Shown: positions 20,448 through 33,230 of the stretch, in pieces
How positions within the stretch are numbered: the stretch's first letter is position 1
How the letters are laid out: each line of letters opens with the position of its first letter
From: Pavona decussata
Taxonomy: Eukaryota
Direction of reading: 5' to 3'
Length of the DNA stretch: 64,000 nucleotides
Assembly (NCBI GenBank): GCA_977016875.1
Contig: CDRNST010000028.1
Span: 1,488,001-1,552,000 of the forward strand
Program-made: the position numbers and the translations under genes
The notes under the pieces: model-generated
Databases searched by the model: none
Seen by the model: the letters and a program-made list of their open reading frames with translations, nothing else
Told to the model about the DNA's origin: nothing

Positions 20448-23400
20448 TTCAAAATAGCACTGCCTGTAGTAGTATTTCCATTTACCATTGCCCCAGTCAC
20501 AAGGCTACCATTAAACTTGACTTTAATTTAAAGTCACATGGTGTGTTCTCTTAGATAGAAAAACATGCATAGTGTGTCTAAATACAAAGCTCTATTGGAG
20601 TTATATTTGTACCTTGCTGTTCCTAGTGAATGGCCTTCGTTCTCGTTATGTACTGAGGTTTTCAGTGAGGTTTTTTGCGGGTGTGGGACTTTTGTTTTAC
20701 GAGTTGCAATTGTTATTGAATTCGAGTTGGTCGAAAATTGCCAAGGTAGCGAGAGAGAGCCAAATATTGAAGTGCCAAGAAGAGAAAGAATATCCCCTCT
20801 CATTGTGGTTACGAACCTTTCTCCGCGTACAAGGGATCGGAAGAGGAAATGAAGTATGTCTAAAACGTTTTCGTATTCAGTCTTCAGTCTTAAACACTCT
20901 CCTATTCAAATCTTGAGGCGAGTTAATGTACCACATTCACTTGGACCAGAATCAAATTCCTCAGAACCCGGGGTCTTATGCATGCAATGTCTCTCGGTTT
21001 CAACAGTATTGACTATTGGAATGAAACGTCTTTGACCAGTGCTTTCCTGTGGAGTTGTGTGATATGGCGGAAAAACAGAACTATGATTTTTTCTATTTTC
21101 TAGATATTAGCCAACCTTTGGGAGTGGGTGGCATAATGCATGCAACAATGAAACTCCATGTAATTGTTTTGACAAGCTCTGATTTCTTTTTCGTGTGTTT
21201 CTCCTGGCATTAAAACATCCCTTGACCAGGGCCATATCAATTTTACTAAGAATATTCCGCACGAACGCGTGCGATTGTTTTGTGAAACTTTTCAATACTG
21301 TTAGTCTGTCGTTCAACAACCTTTTTGGAAACGTTTTGTGCCAGTTTTTTTTTAGGGAATTGTTCAATTTTGTTTCTGCACACCCGCCAGTCCATTTTGG
21401 CCCCAACTAATTTTATTTCAAAGGTCAGCTCACTTCAAAAAGGACAGCTGGGGTTTTATTTTAAAAAAAGCCAATTACCCTGACATGACTTTTAAAATAT
21501 TTTCACAAATCTAAAAAAGCACGTGTGAAGTTGCTGTTAATCGTTTCAGATCTCCAAATTTCTCACTTTGTTTTTTAAGTGAATGGGCCCAGCGTTGAAT
21601 GTTCTTGGTTGTCAAGGTGTGATCCCTTGCTTGTAGATATGACTGATTGGTACTTTGCTTTCTTGTGGTTCATAGTCTGACACAGTGGTATTTAGAAGCA
21701 ACCGCAACTGTAAAACATTTCTATTCACATTTTCAGTTTTCATGGCATATAATAATTTTTTTGGACTTTTTGAAACAGTCTTTGCTTCAGTAACTCGGCG
21801 AAAAATTGTTTCATCTCGCTCTAAACTTCACTGGATTTAATTTCAATTTTTTTTCTCCGACTTCAAAGACATTACACTTTTGATCAATTAATCAAACTTT
21901 TGTTCCTGTCAATTGTTAATTCCTGATTATTTTTACCCAAGCTGTAAACAGTGCAAGTAGCTTTGTATTCTTTTCATTTTAATTCAGCGAAAAAGGTTTC
22001 CCTTACAGTTAAGTGAAATTAAAACAGCGAATATTTTCTGTCTTTTTGGTCAGTCTTCTAGATTTCTAGGAACTACAGTAAAAATCCGTTATCGCTTTAC
22101 TGAACTCAAGATCTGACTAGTAATCTACGCCATGTTTTGTAAGAAACAAAAACGGCGTGTTAGTCAAACGAGGAAACACACGCTCTGAAGTATGATAGTT
22201 TCTAAACGTCGTTTCTTTTAAGATAACTTCCAACTTTCCTTCTTTGTAAAACGGATGAAACTGCCTTTTCTTCTCGTTGCGTGTTTTGTGGTTAGGTTTA
22301 TTATCAGTTTGTCAGTGAGCCTGGCACCCCACAGCTGTGAACTTGGCGGGAAATGTCATGCGCTGAGGGTCTGCGATTGTGCAACATCCGTTCCATGTGC
22401 CAATCAACCAAGCACTGGACTGTCCTCATTACAAAGGACAGCAAGTCTGCCACTGTTTCAAAGCCACGGGTGGAAAACTCCGAAATTTTGACGTCGTTCC
22501 CAGCAACGATGCGAGTTTTACTGGGAGCAGTTACGAATGTTGTGTGTCAGGGATTAAACTATTATCCCATTATCAGCAAATAAGCTTCGTAGGCCGTCAG
22601 CGTTTAAGTAATTGCAATTATATCTTCGTCAAAAGGTGTCTCTTTGTCTTCATTGTTGTCTCCGTCTTGACATTTTCTAAACAGGCAAAAGATCTGGGAG
22701 ATCTTACGCGTCCATACTATCCATAAATGTTGCTTACGATTCTGCCCGTTCTTTTAAACCTCCAACGACTTTTAATCATATCATGAGCTATTATTTTCTT
22801 GTTTTGTTACTGAAATACAGTGTACTGAATGACAAAATACCACACAAAGCTATCTCTGAGAAACTTTCATTTTAATGGTCGTACCGGACGATTTTATGCA
22901 CATACTCAAAGTTGGAAACCACATTTCTTGTCTTCGACCTTGAATTAGGCAGTTACAGATCCATCTAGAGCAGGAAATTGGTTAGCGCTGTGGGTTTGAC
23001 GAATATTGTTTACAGATACGCCCCCTCGATTTACACTTCCAAACAAAACGCAAATGATCTCCTGGGACCAGCACTGAGTTGTTTGATTAATTATTTTGGA
23101 AAAGAAAATGTGAGCAGATGTTTTTGTCTTCTTCTTGAAATAAAGTTTAGTTAATGAAAAAGATCACTAGGTATTTGTTTCATTTACATCTGGTTCAGCG
23201 ATGAATGAGATTTTTTTTCTCAATGCCGTGTCGTCGTTTCGACCGGGTCAAAACACTACCAGGCTTGTGAACGTTGTCAAACGCTCGTTTCTTAGAGGGC
23301 TACAAAAAGCCGTATTGTCTGTAAACTCGGTAGGCTCCAGGTATTCAAAGAAACTGCTGAACCATTGCAAGGACTGTGTCAGAGCATAAAATGCTATGTA

Positions 23401-26400
23401 AGTATATTTTCCGAGGTATCTCGGTGATGATCGTTTACTGAATAGGTGAGGTATGTACACAGTTCAAAATGTTGTTACTCGTTTTCTTAGTATGCTTCTT
23501 ACCTAATTGATCTGTCTTTTATCTTCATAAAATAGTCTAGTCTAAATTATCCCGTGTGTTTTGGTCATCATATATACATTTTCCTATCATTTCTCACAGC
23601 ATTATATTTTAAATTGTCGACGCCTCACTCAGCAGCACTGAAAATACTGAAAATTACATTGAGCGACAATGGCGCCTAATTTGATTCAAACAAAAGCGTC
23701 AAACTGTTTCTGCTTTCTGAAGCTTCACGTGTTTTTAGTCATCGCTGGAATACGACGTTTTACCGTCGTATTTAAAGAGTGATATTGAAACAATGATGGA
23801 TGCATAACAGCAAATACTGAATATAATATAATTTTAAACGGTATATAATTTTAAAGCGTAAAGACCGCAAACGGACTAAGATCTACATGTATCTTTGATA
23901 CACTTCATTTGAAATTTTATTCTTTTTTATGAAGTTAATTTGACCTTAATTTTTGCTACAAAACATTACATTATGAACATCCACTAAAATGTCTAACAAT
24001 AAACACAACGCCTGTACATCTGCTCATTTTAGGAGCACTTTAGTGCGTTAAATAGATTGCTTTGTTATTCTTTTAAAAATATATTGGCATCGGCTGATGC
24101 AAGACGGAAAAGTTGAACACTCACTGAAATTCTCGATCGCCGTTCGGAATTTCTTAGTCACTGTAATACACTTTCAGCTACGGTAACGTAAGCAATAAAT
24201 CATTTACTCGCGCGGTTGCAGTGCTGTTGTGTTTTAGTAATTAGCTGACATCAGTTGTTCGCTGAGATTGGTTCATTGGAACGCGGAAAGCCCACGGTTT
24301 AATTCAACCACGGGTCGAGAAAACACGGCAAGAAAGATATGAGACAAGTATGTATGAGCTGCTGCACATACACTGGTGTGATGAGACAAACTCGCTTCGT
24401 GATCGTGATAATTTGAAATTCATATTCATAGCCAGATCATCTTCCTTTCAGCAAAATACTACAAACTATCGCTACATCGACATTTATACAACTCAAAACA
24501 CTAGTATTATATTTAATAAACCAGGCATGGATCTCAGATAAATGAACACGTATAGATAAAAGCAAACGTTGGAAGGGGATACATCACTCCTAATTATAAA
24601 ATCAGTCTCACCTTCAGCTTTCAAGAATACACGTGCACCTTCCCGACTGTACAGTAAATGACGCGATTCGTGTGTGTTTCCACAGTGCTTAAATTTCGCG
24701 TTGTGATCCTAATATCTCCTGTAACTGCGTAGCGATGCTTCCAGCAAATCCCTTCCGGTGGTGTTTCCTTTGCAGCCCCCAGTGGCTATAAATATTGTGG
24801 TGCGTACGCTGTGCGCGATGATTTGAGAATGAGCAGAGTACTAGTCTGACTAGTTTGGGAGGTGATTTCTGCTCTCTGTCAAAAATCGTGGATTGTAACT
24901 ATAGCATAGGTCAGAGAGGACACGAGTCAGCCCTATTTTTCAATGGGTCAGTATTTGATGGGAGTGGCCTAGCAAACGGATACTAGAACAGCTCAAGTCT
25001 GGGCTTTTCTACAACCTGCTTATTAAAGCTGTTAAACTGACCATTGTTCTAAAAACTTTAACCCTTTCTGAGAGGGCCAAACTAATTTCCTAGATTAAAA
25101 AAGTGAAAATTGCAAACGCAGACCATGATAAGCGGGAAAAGAATAAGAAAATGCCCCTGCAGTGATAGCTTTGATTTGAATGGTTCCTCATATACCGGAA
25201 CAACGGTGACAAATGGATATTATGGTTTTTGGTTGATGGTTTCTTTCAGTTTCTGTCTCATTCGTGCTCTGAATGTATGCAGATTGTGTTAAATTAGCAG
25301 GCGATTTAATGTGGCAGCCGATAAAAAACTTGTCTTAAATTCATTTCCGTTGCATACATAAATTGAAAAAATTTTTCTCTTTCTTTTTTATCTCGGAGTT
25401 TAACTCATAGTTTCCATTTTTTAAAAAACCTATACTGACGTTGGAAGAGGAATTTTTTTTTCTGCTTTGTGAAACTACAGATGATTGCTGTTCGCCAGAA
25501 ATTAAAGCGATCACGCTATCGATGCTGGGGAGATCAGTGTACTAACTGCAGTTTATGATAGGCAGGATTAATTCAAGTGCATTTATAGCTAGGAGGCAGA
25601 TTATTCTCGCCTTTGTCTCCCACAATTCTGTTAAAATCCTTTTGTCGCCAAAGAGAGAGACAAATCGCAATGAATTCCTGAGTCGAAAATTTAAGGACGA
25701 GTTTTTCAGCTCTGCGTTACAATCTTGAACTGAATGTCATGAGGTTTTCGAAAAAATAAAATAACCTTGCTGAAAAGTAAATTTTTAGCAAGGTTTCTTC
25801 TAGATACTTATGCGATGAAATATTAGGCATATCAATTCTCATCTGTGTGGGATGTTTTTGGTAATTAAGAACGTTCTGGTTAAACACTGTTTGTGAAATC
25901 AATTCTTACACACAAAGTTTTAAGTTTTAATCATGTTCAGCAAATAACCATAAGTATTTTTTCCCTATGACTTCAATACGCTTCAAAGTCTTTTAAAAGT
26001 CTGTTAATATGAGTTTGTTCGTTTATTTATTTTATTTTATTCAGTCAACAAATATTTATACAGGGAGTATGCAGTTCAGCATAGCCTTGTTTAAATGGAG
26101 TCCCGTATCATCAGTTTGCCTTTTTACTTTAGCTCAGTACTTCATTGACCAAACAGATAATTCCCATTTCTACCACAATGGAAACCATCTGTTGGACCGA
26201 TGAAATTTAACAAAGTATTCGCGGTATTTTCCTTTGGTGTTGTGCATTAGTTTGCATCAATTGTTGGCTTAAGGCTGTTTTTAGAATCTCTCGCTACTGA
26301 CCTTTTCAAGAATTTAATTCAAAGCCGACCGCCCACCTTTTCTGAACTTACGGTGGTCGTTTGCAAGAAAGTTCACTCGGTTTGAGGACAGGTCAGTCAA

Positions 26401-26834
26401 ATGGCTGACTTTGATCATGACAGAGATGGCGTAGTTCAGTATGACTTGATTTCTGTCTGCCTGAACAACTCTCAACTTGGTGAAGTAGCTGTGAGAGCAT
26501 TAAAGACTTACACCGCTAAGAAAGCATTTATGGCTTGTTATCACCCCAGCCCTTTCGCTTTTGACGATTACCATATTTCCAAGCCCATTCTTTTTTTCTA
26601 ATTTTGAAGCCCTCGGTGATTAGATAAGATAACTTAAAATTGCCAAAAATATCCTGATCCATTGTTGGCAAGTTATCTCTTGATTGTTGCTCCTTTTTAA
26701 TCTGTTTGAAGCGTCTTTTAGTCACTCAGTGTGAGTAAGTGGTTAATTAGTGTGGTTGCTGAATGGTAAGCCTGTTCCTTCCCTTCATGTAGTAGGGAGT
26801 GGCGCGAAGAAATTGCGCGCGCAAAAGCGAGAAG

Positions 26835-26948
26835 TAGCCTGCATAGCAAGTGTTTCAATACGTTTTTTTTGCGTATTTCAATGTTTTTAACGCGGTCAAA
26901 AAGCGAAAAAGGCATAAGACCCCACTGAAACGCATGCTACGTAGACAA
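26835..26948. mobile_element. Small MITE with TAGCCTG-type termini
   Basis: tagcctgcatagcaagtgtttc versus gaaacgcatgctacgtagac form imperfect TIRs. Confidence 0.55.
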
Positions 26949-26965
26949 AACGAGAAGAGACCAAC

Positions 26966-27252
26966 GGCGCTTTCCATTTAGTTGGAAATTACGGAAATTG
27001 GCTTTCCGTGTCAAATAAAAGGCTCTTTCTCCAGTCGTTCCAATCTTACAATCTCATTGGTTGATCAAAAAACGTACGTGATGGTGAAATGATGGCGTAA
27101 CAAGACAACAAAATGGAAATAAAAAAAAGTTGTGCAAATGAAAGGTAATTTCCGTTTGAGGCATTTGTTCCGAAAAATTTCCGTTTGATTCGCGCATACC
27201 ATTTGTATCTCAACCGGTTAAACGGTAAACTTTATCGAAATGGAAAGCACCC
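26966..27252. mobile_element. MITE with GGCGCTTTCCATTT termini (PIF/Harbinger-like)
   Basis: ggcgctttccattt (26966) versus aaatggaaagcacc (27238-27251), one mismatch. Confidence 0.65.
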
Positions 27253-28455
27253 AAGTCTCACCGTCTAATCTGATCATTCAGTTCCGGCTTGTATAACAGT
27301 TTTCTTCGGAGCGCTCACCACTGTCTAAAACGCTAGGAACGGGCTGCTGAATGGTAGCTTCTGGAACCTGTTAAGCGGTCACCTTCTGTAGTTGCCAAAG
27401 GAAGTTGGGATATTTCTGGTCAGTATTAAAGGCTGGTAGCTGCTGGAAGCGAAAGGATGAATTAGCCGGAAAATAATAAAGTATCCCAGCTTACGCCGTG
27501 AAACGAGGTTATCACTGTTTCTTGATAAAACCAGAAAATCTTTCGTGGAAATCAATTTGAATTTAATTAAACTGGTTCTGTATCAGTGACACGTCATTGA
27601 CACATCGCCAACATACACTTAGAACTCTCCGTGAGTCGCGACAAAACGTCTTTTGTCAAAAATGATAGAAAAGTATTTCCTGGTAGTCATAGAAGTCAAT
27701 TAACTTGGCGTACTGCAGCAAATGGAAATCTTCTTGTCGCAGTTGAATATATTGTGGCCGGTAGTGAGATAAAGTGGACAAAAACGTCTTCAAGTTTCAT
27801 CAATCAACACGTTTTGAGAAGGGGAAAAAAGATTGAAGATGAAACGGCTAACAGCTGAGAAATACTGTAACATGGCCTCTCGTGGAATAAAAAAGTCCAG
27901 GGCCATAGTTAATATTACCAGCCGATGATAATTTCAATTAAAACGTTTCTCAGCGCGTTCGATAAAAGTTTAAAGATTTCGGCTCTCAACAATTATGAAA
28001 ATCGAATCCTCAGTGATCAGGGACTTTGGAGATATGGGCTCAACGACATAGCCAGATGGAGAACCTTTGTAGAAGGCCTAGCTGTTTATAGGCCCTAAAT
28101 GTTCACGTGTTCAGTGATTCACTTGTAGTTTCATAATGAAACGGTTAACTCACTCCGACTCGAGTTTTCTTAAAACATAAATAGAGCCTCCCTTTGTATC
28201 GTGCAAAGGTTTTTTTTTTTTGCAATATTCAATGATAGCCGTTCTGGATCCACAAAGTGACAAAAATTGGGGCTTGATTGCATGAAACCAGTGCGAACTC
28301 TGACCGGTTCGACTTCAAATCGTTCTCAACATTAACACTTGCTACTGTTTACATGAAACTGGTCTGAAAAATTTCTGCATGATACTTCTGCCTTCTTTAA
28401 TTAATACAATTCAGCTGGGAAATTGTCAGTGATGTCTTTGGCCGACACGGATAAA

Positions 28456-29073
28456 TTACAAATTTATTCCTCGCGAAGCGAGGGCCGAAGGCCCGAGCGT
28501 AGCGAGGTTAATAAATTTGTCGGGCCGAGCCGGCCCGAGCGGAGCTAAGCCGCGCGAATTCGAGCGAAAAATATATTTATATATATATATATATATATGT
28601 TTTTTTGAAGGTGTCCGCACTTGAATGACGTCAGCTGTCTGGCGTCGTCTGAAAAAAATTTGCATACATCGGAAAAAATATGCGTGCATGATCAAATTTC
28701 AACTGCAATGTTCATCAATATTCACTGGATACAGAACTATCTCTCCACAATCTTTTCCCTTTCTTTTAGAAATCTTTTTTTGTGAAAGATTGCATTGAAG
28801 AAATTACACGTTTTGTGGCCGCGGTAAAATAATTTTCCGTGGGAAATAAATTCATCGAACACGACAGCGCTGCACGCCCGTTGTACATTTCATCGCGTCA
28901 GAAATAGATTTTTAACCGCAAACTAGCCTGTGGAACTACGAAAAGACCATGCTCATCAAAATAGTTGCTATGTTCAGAAACCTTTTAATCTCCTCATTTG
29001 ATGCTACAACACGAAAGAGGGCTTTCCACCCAGCCCCAGCTTCGCGAGGTTTTGCGAGTCACGTATTTCTAGT
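28456..29073 (+). mobile_element. Non-autonomous Helentron/Helitron-like element (HINE/DINE-1-type layout)
   Basis: 5' subterminal repeat cctcgcgaagc (28469-28479) lies inside a 5' hairpin, followed by a (TA)n microsatellite. A perfect inverted copy gcttcgcgagg (29039-29049) precedes the 3' end CTAG|T (29069-29073). No TSD seen. Confidence 0.7.
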
Positions 29074-29225
29074 AAAATACACAAATGATTCTAAAAGGAC
29101 CCTAAGAAATATTTACAATTTCTTTTTTTGGAGATTTGAAGGAGAGACAAGAAAAGTTTTTCGTCTATTGAAATGAATGAAATAAAGCAAAAGTAGAGGA
29201 CAGCCAATAACTTACAATTAGTGGT

Positions 29226-29295
29226 ATATTAAACAATTTTTCACGAGGGCTATAATGATCTCATATCCAACAAGCACGAGTAGAACAATTGTTTT
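29226..29295 (+). mobile_element. Internally deleted end of a dispersed repeat (inverted copy of the family at 31653-31920)
   Basis: tattaaacaatttttcacga..ctcatatccaacaagcacgagtagaacaattgtttt is the reverse complement of the 31811-31920 block. Confidence 0.55.
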
Positions 29296-31652
29296 GACTT
29301 GACATTTTTTACTACTGAGAATTTAGCCAAACAGCTGAATTGATTTGAATTGTTTTCTAAAACAGAAATTCGGCTAAAGAAGACCAATATTTCTATGAGT
29401 AAAAAAGCAAGTTGACTACTGGCTCGTTTATCACGAATTAAAACATGATTGGCTACGCTGCATACTTCTTCGTGGTAGGTAGCGAGTTGGGAAAAGGCAC
29501 TCAACCCACGCAGTTTTTACTTTAAATCAGCTCAGTGTAAGGAAGGAACACTTTTCATTTGAGTGGAATATTAATCAAGATTAATATTCAGACAATTATA
29601 TTATTCCTTTTCGATTTTTATCACGTGATAGCTGATCAGTCGGACTACGTCCTCATCCACTATAAGGGGATAGAGCTCATAGTTGTTAAATGAGAAGTAA
29701 ACACGGACGAGCATTTGAGTTGTTTTAGTATTCAATTCAATTCAATTCAATTCTGAATTCATTTGTTTTGCCATTAACCAAAGACAGTAGACAACAGGAT
29801 GATTGCAATTGGAACATAGCGATACTGATAAAGGAGTTTTAAAAGGAAAGGGAATTAAAGAAATCGTACATATTTTCAGTCAAGGAATCAGCACGTGCAG
29901 TATCCGCCTCAATGTCAGCGAATCACATTCGAGTATTTTGTAATGGAACTTGGTGAACGTTTAAAATTCCTTCCGTCTTTCTTAAGTAGCAGTAGCAGAG
30001 AGAAGTTGTTAAAATATAAAGGAAATGGTTGAATGATCATTCCCTTAATTCTCATAATCTTTCTGACTGATTATGCATTGGTATCACAAGGGGAAACTTG
30101 ATGTTGATCTTTCTTGTTCCCATGCATGAATGATCTCCTGTGTGGGCTTATGTATATATTTCTATATTTTTTTACAAGTCTGAGTCTATGACAATAACAA
30201 AATATCTACAGAGATTTTTTCAAAATTGATTTACCGAATTATATTTCACAGACTAAATGTAATTTACACCAATGCAAAATAACATAAACAGACATGAATT
30301 CGCTTTACGCCGCTTAGCATATTTTTTTAAAGTCCTGTTCAAGGGATTTAGTGACCATTCTCTTATGAATTAGACGTTGTTGTGTTTATGAAACGTCTAT
30401 TGTGCGAAGAGGCGCAGCAGTGTTCAATTCTTCTACCAATAAGTCGTGATTCGTTTTGTTGCTGCGAGTCAGTCATTTCTTCTCTCTTTGAATTTCCTTA
30501 AAGCAACGTATTTAGAATCTTCATGAGCTTAGAATTATCTAGAGCGTTATTCGTTGGTGACGGTCGCCTTTGTAAACAAGCTCTGTATTAGCATTACTTT
30601 TATTTGCCAAGTTCTAGTCTTTTCTGGGGCACAATATAGGATGCATGGAGATCATTTCAAGCAAGACCCACCGATTTTCATAGCTTGGGGTGGTTATTGT
30701 GGATTATAGTTGTTCGATTCCCTCAATAAGCAAAAATCATTTAGGTTTCATGCTCCGCTTGATGGTCCTTGATCAGACTCGGCATAGCCAAACTAATTAA
30801 AATTGTTTTTACCTGAAATCAAAATTTCTTTATTGCAAAAACAAACACATATTTTATCCTATAACAACAATAGGATGAGCTATTCGTTCTGAATGACAAT
30901 AGCAACTTAGGTAGACCTGAAGGGAGAGATGATCTCGTCTAGTCAGTTTTCACCCAGTGACATAGCAAAGTTGATAAAAACTCCAATACTGCCTACGCTC
31001 CTAAACCGTTAAAAATTGATTTAACTCAGTGCTGATAAGGGGGCTCGTTCCTATAGAAACCAGCGTGGTTTTAGGTCGGTGGGGCGAGTTTATACGAATT
31101 AATATTTGTTTTTATCAACAGTTTTTAAGGTAATTTGGCCACCTTAAAGAGATTCGAGTCCAGTCGGATAAGGTAACCAAACATTTGATTAAACCGCTAA
31201 CTGTTAAACATTCAATGACTGATAATTAAATCGTTAAAAAAAAAGATCTAAATGAGGTGTCTTTTTACAATACTTTGCTGGTGGTGCTTTTATGTAATTT
31301 TCTAGGTAGACATACGCATTATATATCTGCAGAGTTCAAAAGCCGATTTGAAAGAAGAAGAGAAAAGAAAACACAACAACAAAAACAGCAAAGTAAAAAG
31401 CAAACAACAGCGGTACTGACAACAAACAAGTCCAGGATGTTTGAGGAAGTGCGAGCTCTTATTGGTTCTTTACCACTATCATGTCATATCAGTAGTAGTT
31501 GAGAAGTCGAACTAAATTATGAGAAAAATGCTTCCCTTCAGAGCAGAAAACGTTCTTCTCTGTTCTTTTCCTCGTGATAAGGGAATTATCTATCATGGAA
31601 CTAGTATTTCACCCAATCTAGTGTAATAATTATTTTTATTAAAAATTGGATC

Positions 31653-31920
31653 ATTGGATAATCCAATTCCAGAGTTTTGGTTGACCTAACGGCCATGCCG
31701 ATATTTAACCATTATACCATGTCGGAGAAATAGCAGCCTTATGATCTTCTTATGGTTCTTATTACAAGATGAAATCAGCAAGATCTAGTCATATTTCTTG
31801 GTTGTTTTTAATAAAACAATCATTCCACTCCCGCTTGTTGGATACGGGAGTGATTATAACCAACTTGGCGTTATACATCACGTCATATCTAACGCATGGT
31901 CGTGGAATAATAGTTAAATA
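31653..31920 (-). mobile_element. Dispersed non-autonomous DNA element (unclassified, possibly Crypton-associated)
   Basis: Starts with the palindrome attggataatccaat; ends with the self-complementary block attccactcccgcttgttggata...tatctaacgcatggtcgtggaataat; a second copy lies at 29226. The Crypton link is from recall only. Confidence 0.55.
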
Positions 31921-33170
31921 GCCTACTTGGCTATGGACCTACGTATACGACTCTTTTAGTGGAATGATCGTCAATAAGTTATTTGGATGTTTTGGTACTC
32001 TGCTTGAGACGCAAAAAGGGGCATAAAAGACTGCTGGAAAATCTGAACACGCAGGTGATCGGAGACTAAGTGATAAAGGGCCGCTCTTATCACTGCCAAG
32101 GGAGTGAACATTGCCATTTTTTCCAGTGCAGCGCCGCACAGTAGCACATACATATGTACGCACATGCAATTTTTGGCTGAGGATGAGTCGGACTTGAACC
32201 TTATTATTGGGCGATTAAATCCTGAGAACGTTCATTAAGATAGAGAGATTTGCTTACGAAATATCATCCTGGGTTTGTTCTTCACACACTTGGCCTCAAC
32301 TTCCCATTTAAAAATTATAATAAAAACGAAAGAGTGTATCTAGTATAGGGATGGGACATTCGAGGAGCGTTAATAGTATTTTAACGTTACGCCCTGAGCG
32401 GAGTAGACCGAGTTACGCCAGCTTAAGACTTCGCTGTTCGAAAACTGGTTTTAGTCAATAAAATCACCGATGACCGCCCAGTCGCTGCAAAAATAACCGT
32501 CCATCGCTGTGATCGAAGCAAACGTAGTATTTTGTGTAGAATGGTTTCTCCGAATAAGCTCTATGCTTTTGTTAATGGTACCGATCGCTGGCGGCAACTA
32601 GCCTAGTTATAAACGAAAGTTTGTTGGCACTAAAGAGAAAAGAACAATAGAGATGTGTGATGTGTAATGAGGTCTATAAAGCATAACGAGACAATCAGAC
32701 TTTTCAAGGTATTTTGTTTTACATATTTCTTTTTGTTTTTCATCCATAGCTTTACACAATTATTTGATATCTTAAAGAGATTTAAAATAAAAAAAAGCTA
32801 AACTTCCTTCATTCTAACCCTTTCAATCGTAATTGATCAGATATTTGTTTTATTATTATAAAGTAGATCTTATTAATAATGGCTTCCATTAATTTTTATG
32901 TCAGAAGGACGATTTATAAAGACATCATCATAATTAGTCAGTGTGTGGAATTTAGGGCCACATTTAATTGGGATTTAATAGGATTTGATGGGACGACAGG
33001 GTGACTAATTAGAACGTCAAAACGAAAGGGGCCGAAATCACTTCTCCCACACGAATATCTATTTTTTGTTTCTACGATCAGGAGAACATTATCTGGAGTG
33101 TCCAACTTCCATACTGCTCCTGTGAATTGTGAAATGGCGTTTTGACAAGTTAGAGCTATGTCTATTCAAT

Positions 33171-33230
33171 TGTAAAGCGCTATGAGCCTACGGATATGGC
33201 GCTATAGAAATCCTTAGTATTATTATTATT
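33171..33230 (+). mobile_element. L2-type LINE/SINE 3' tail
   Basis: tgtaa-agcgctat-gagcctacggat-atggcgct stem-loop followed by (TAT)n, the usual L2 3' end architecture. Confidence 0.6.

Noticed and set aside
20534-21410. Cluster of 70-115 aa overlapping ORFs
   Set aside because: No recognisable domain, no consistent splice path, and ORFs on both strands; cannot be supported without a search.
26401-26601. EF-hand-like DHDRDGVVQYD in a 66-aa ORF
   Set aside because: Position 12 is Leu rather than Glu, and there are no flanking helices or partner hand; likely chance.
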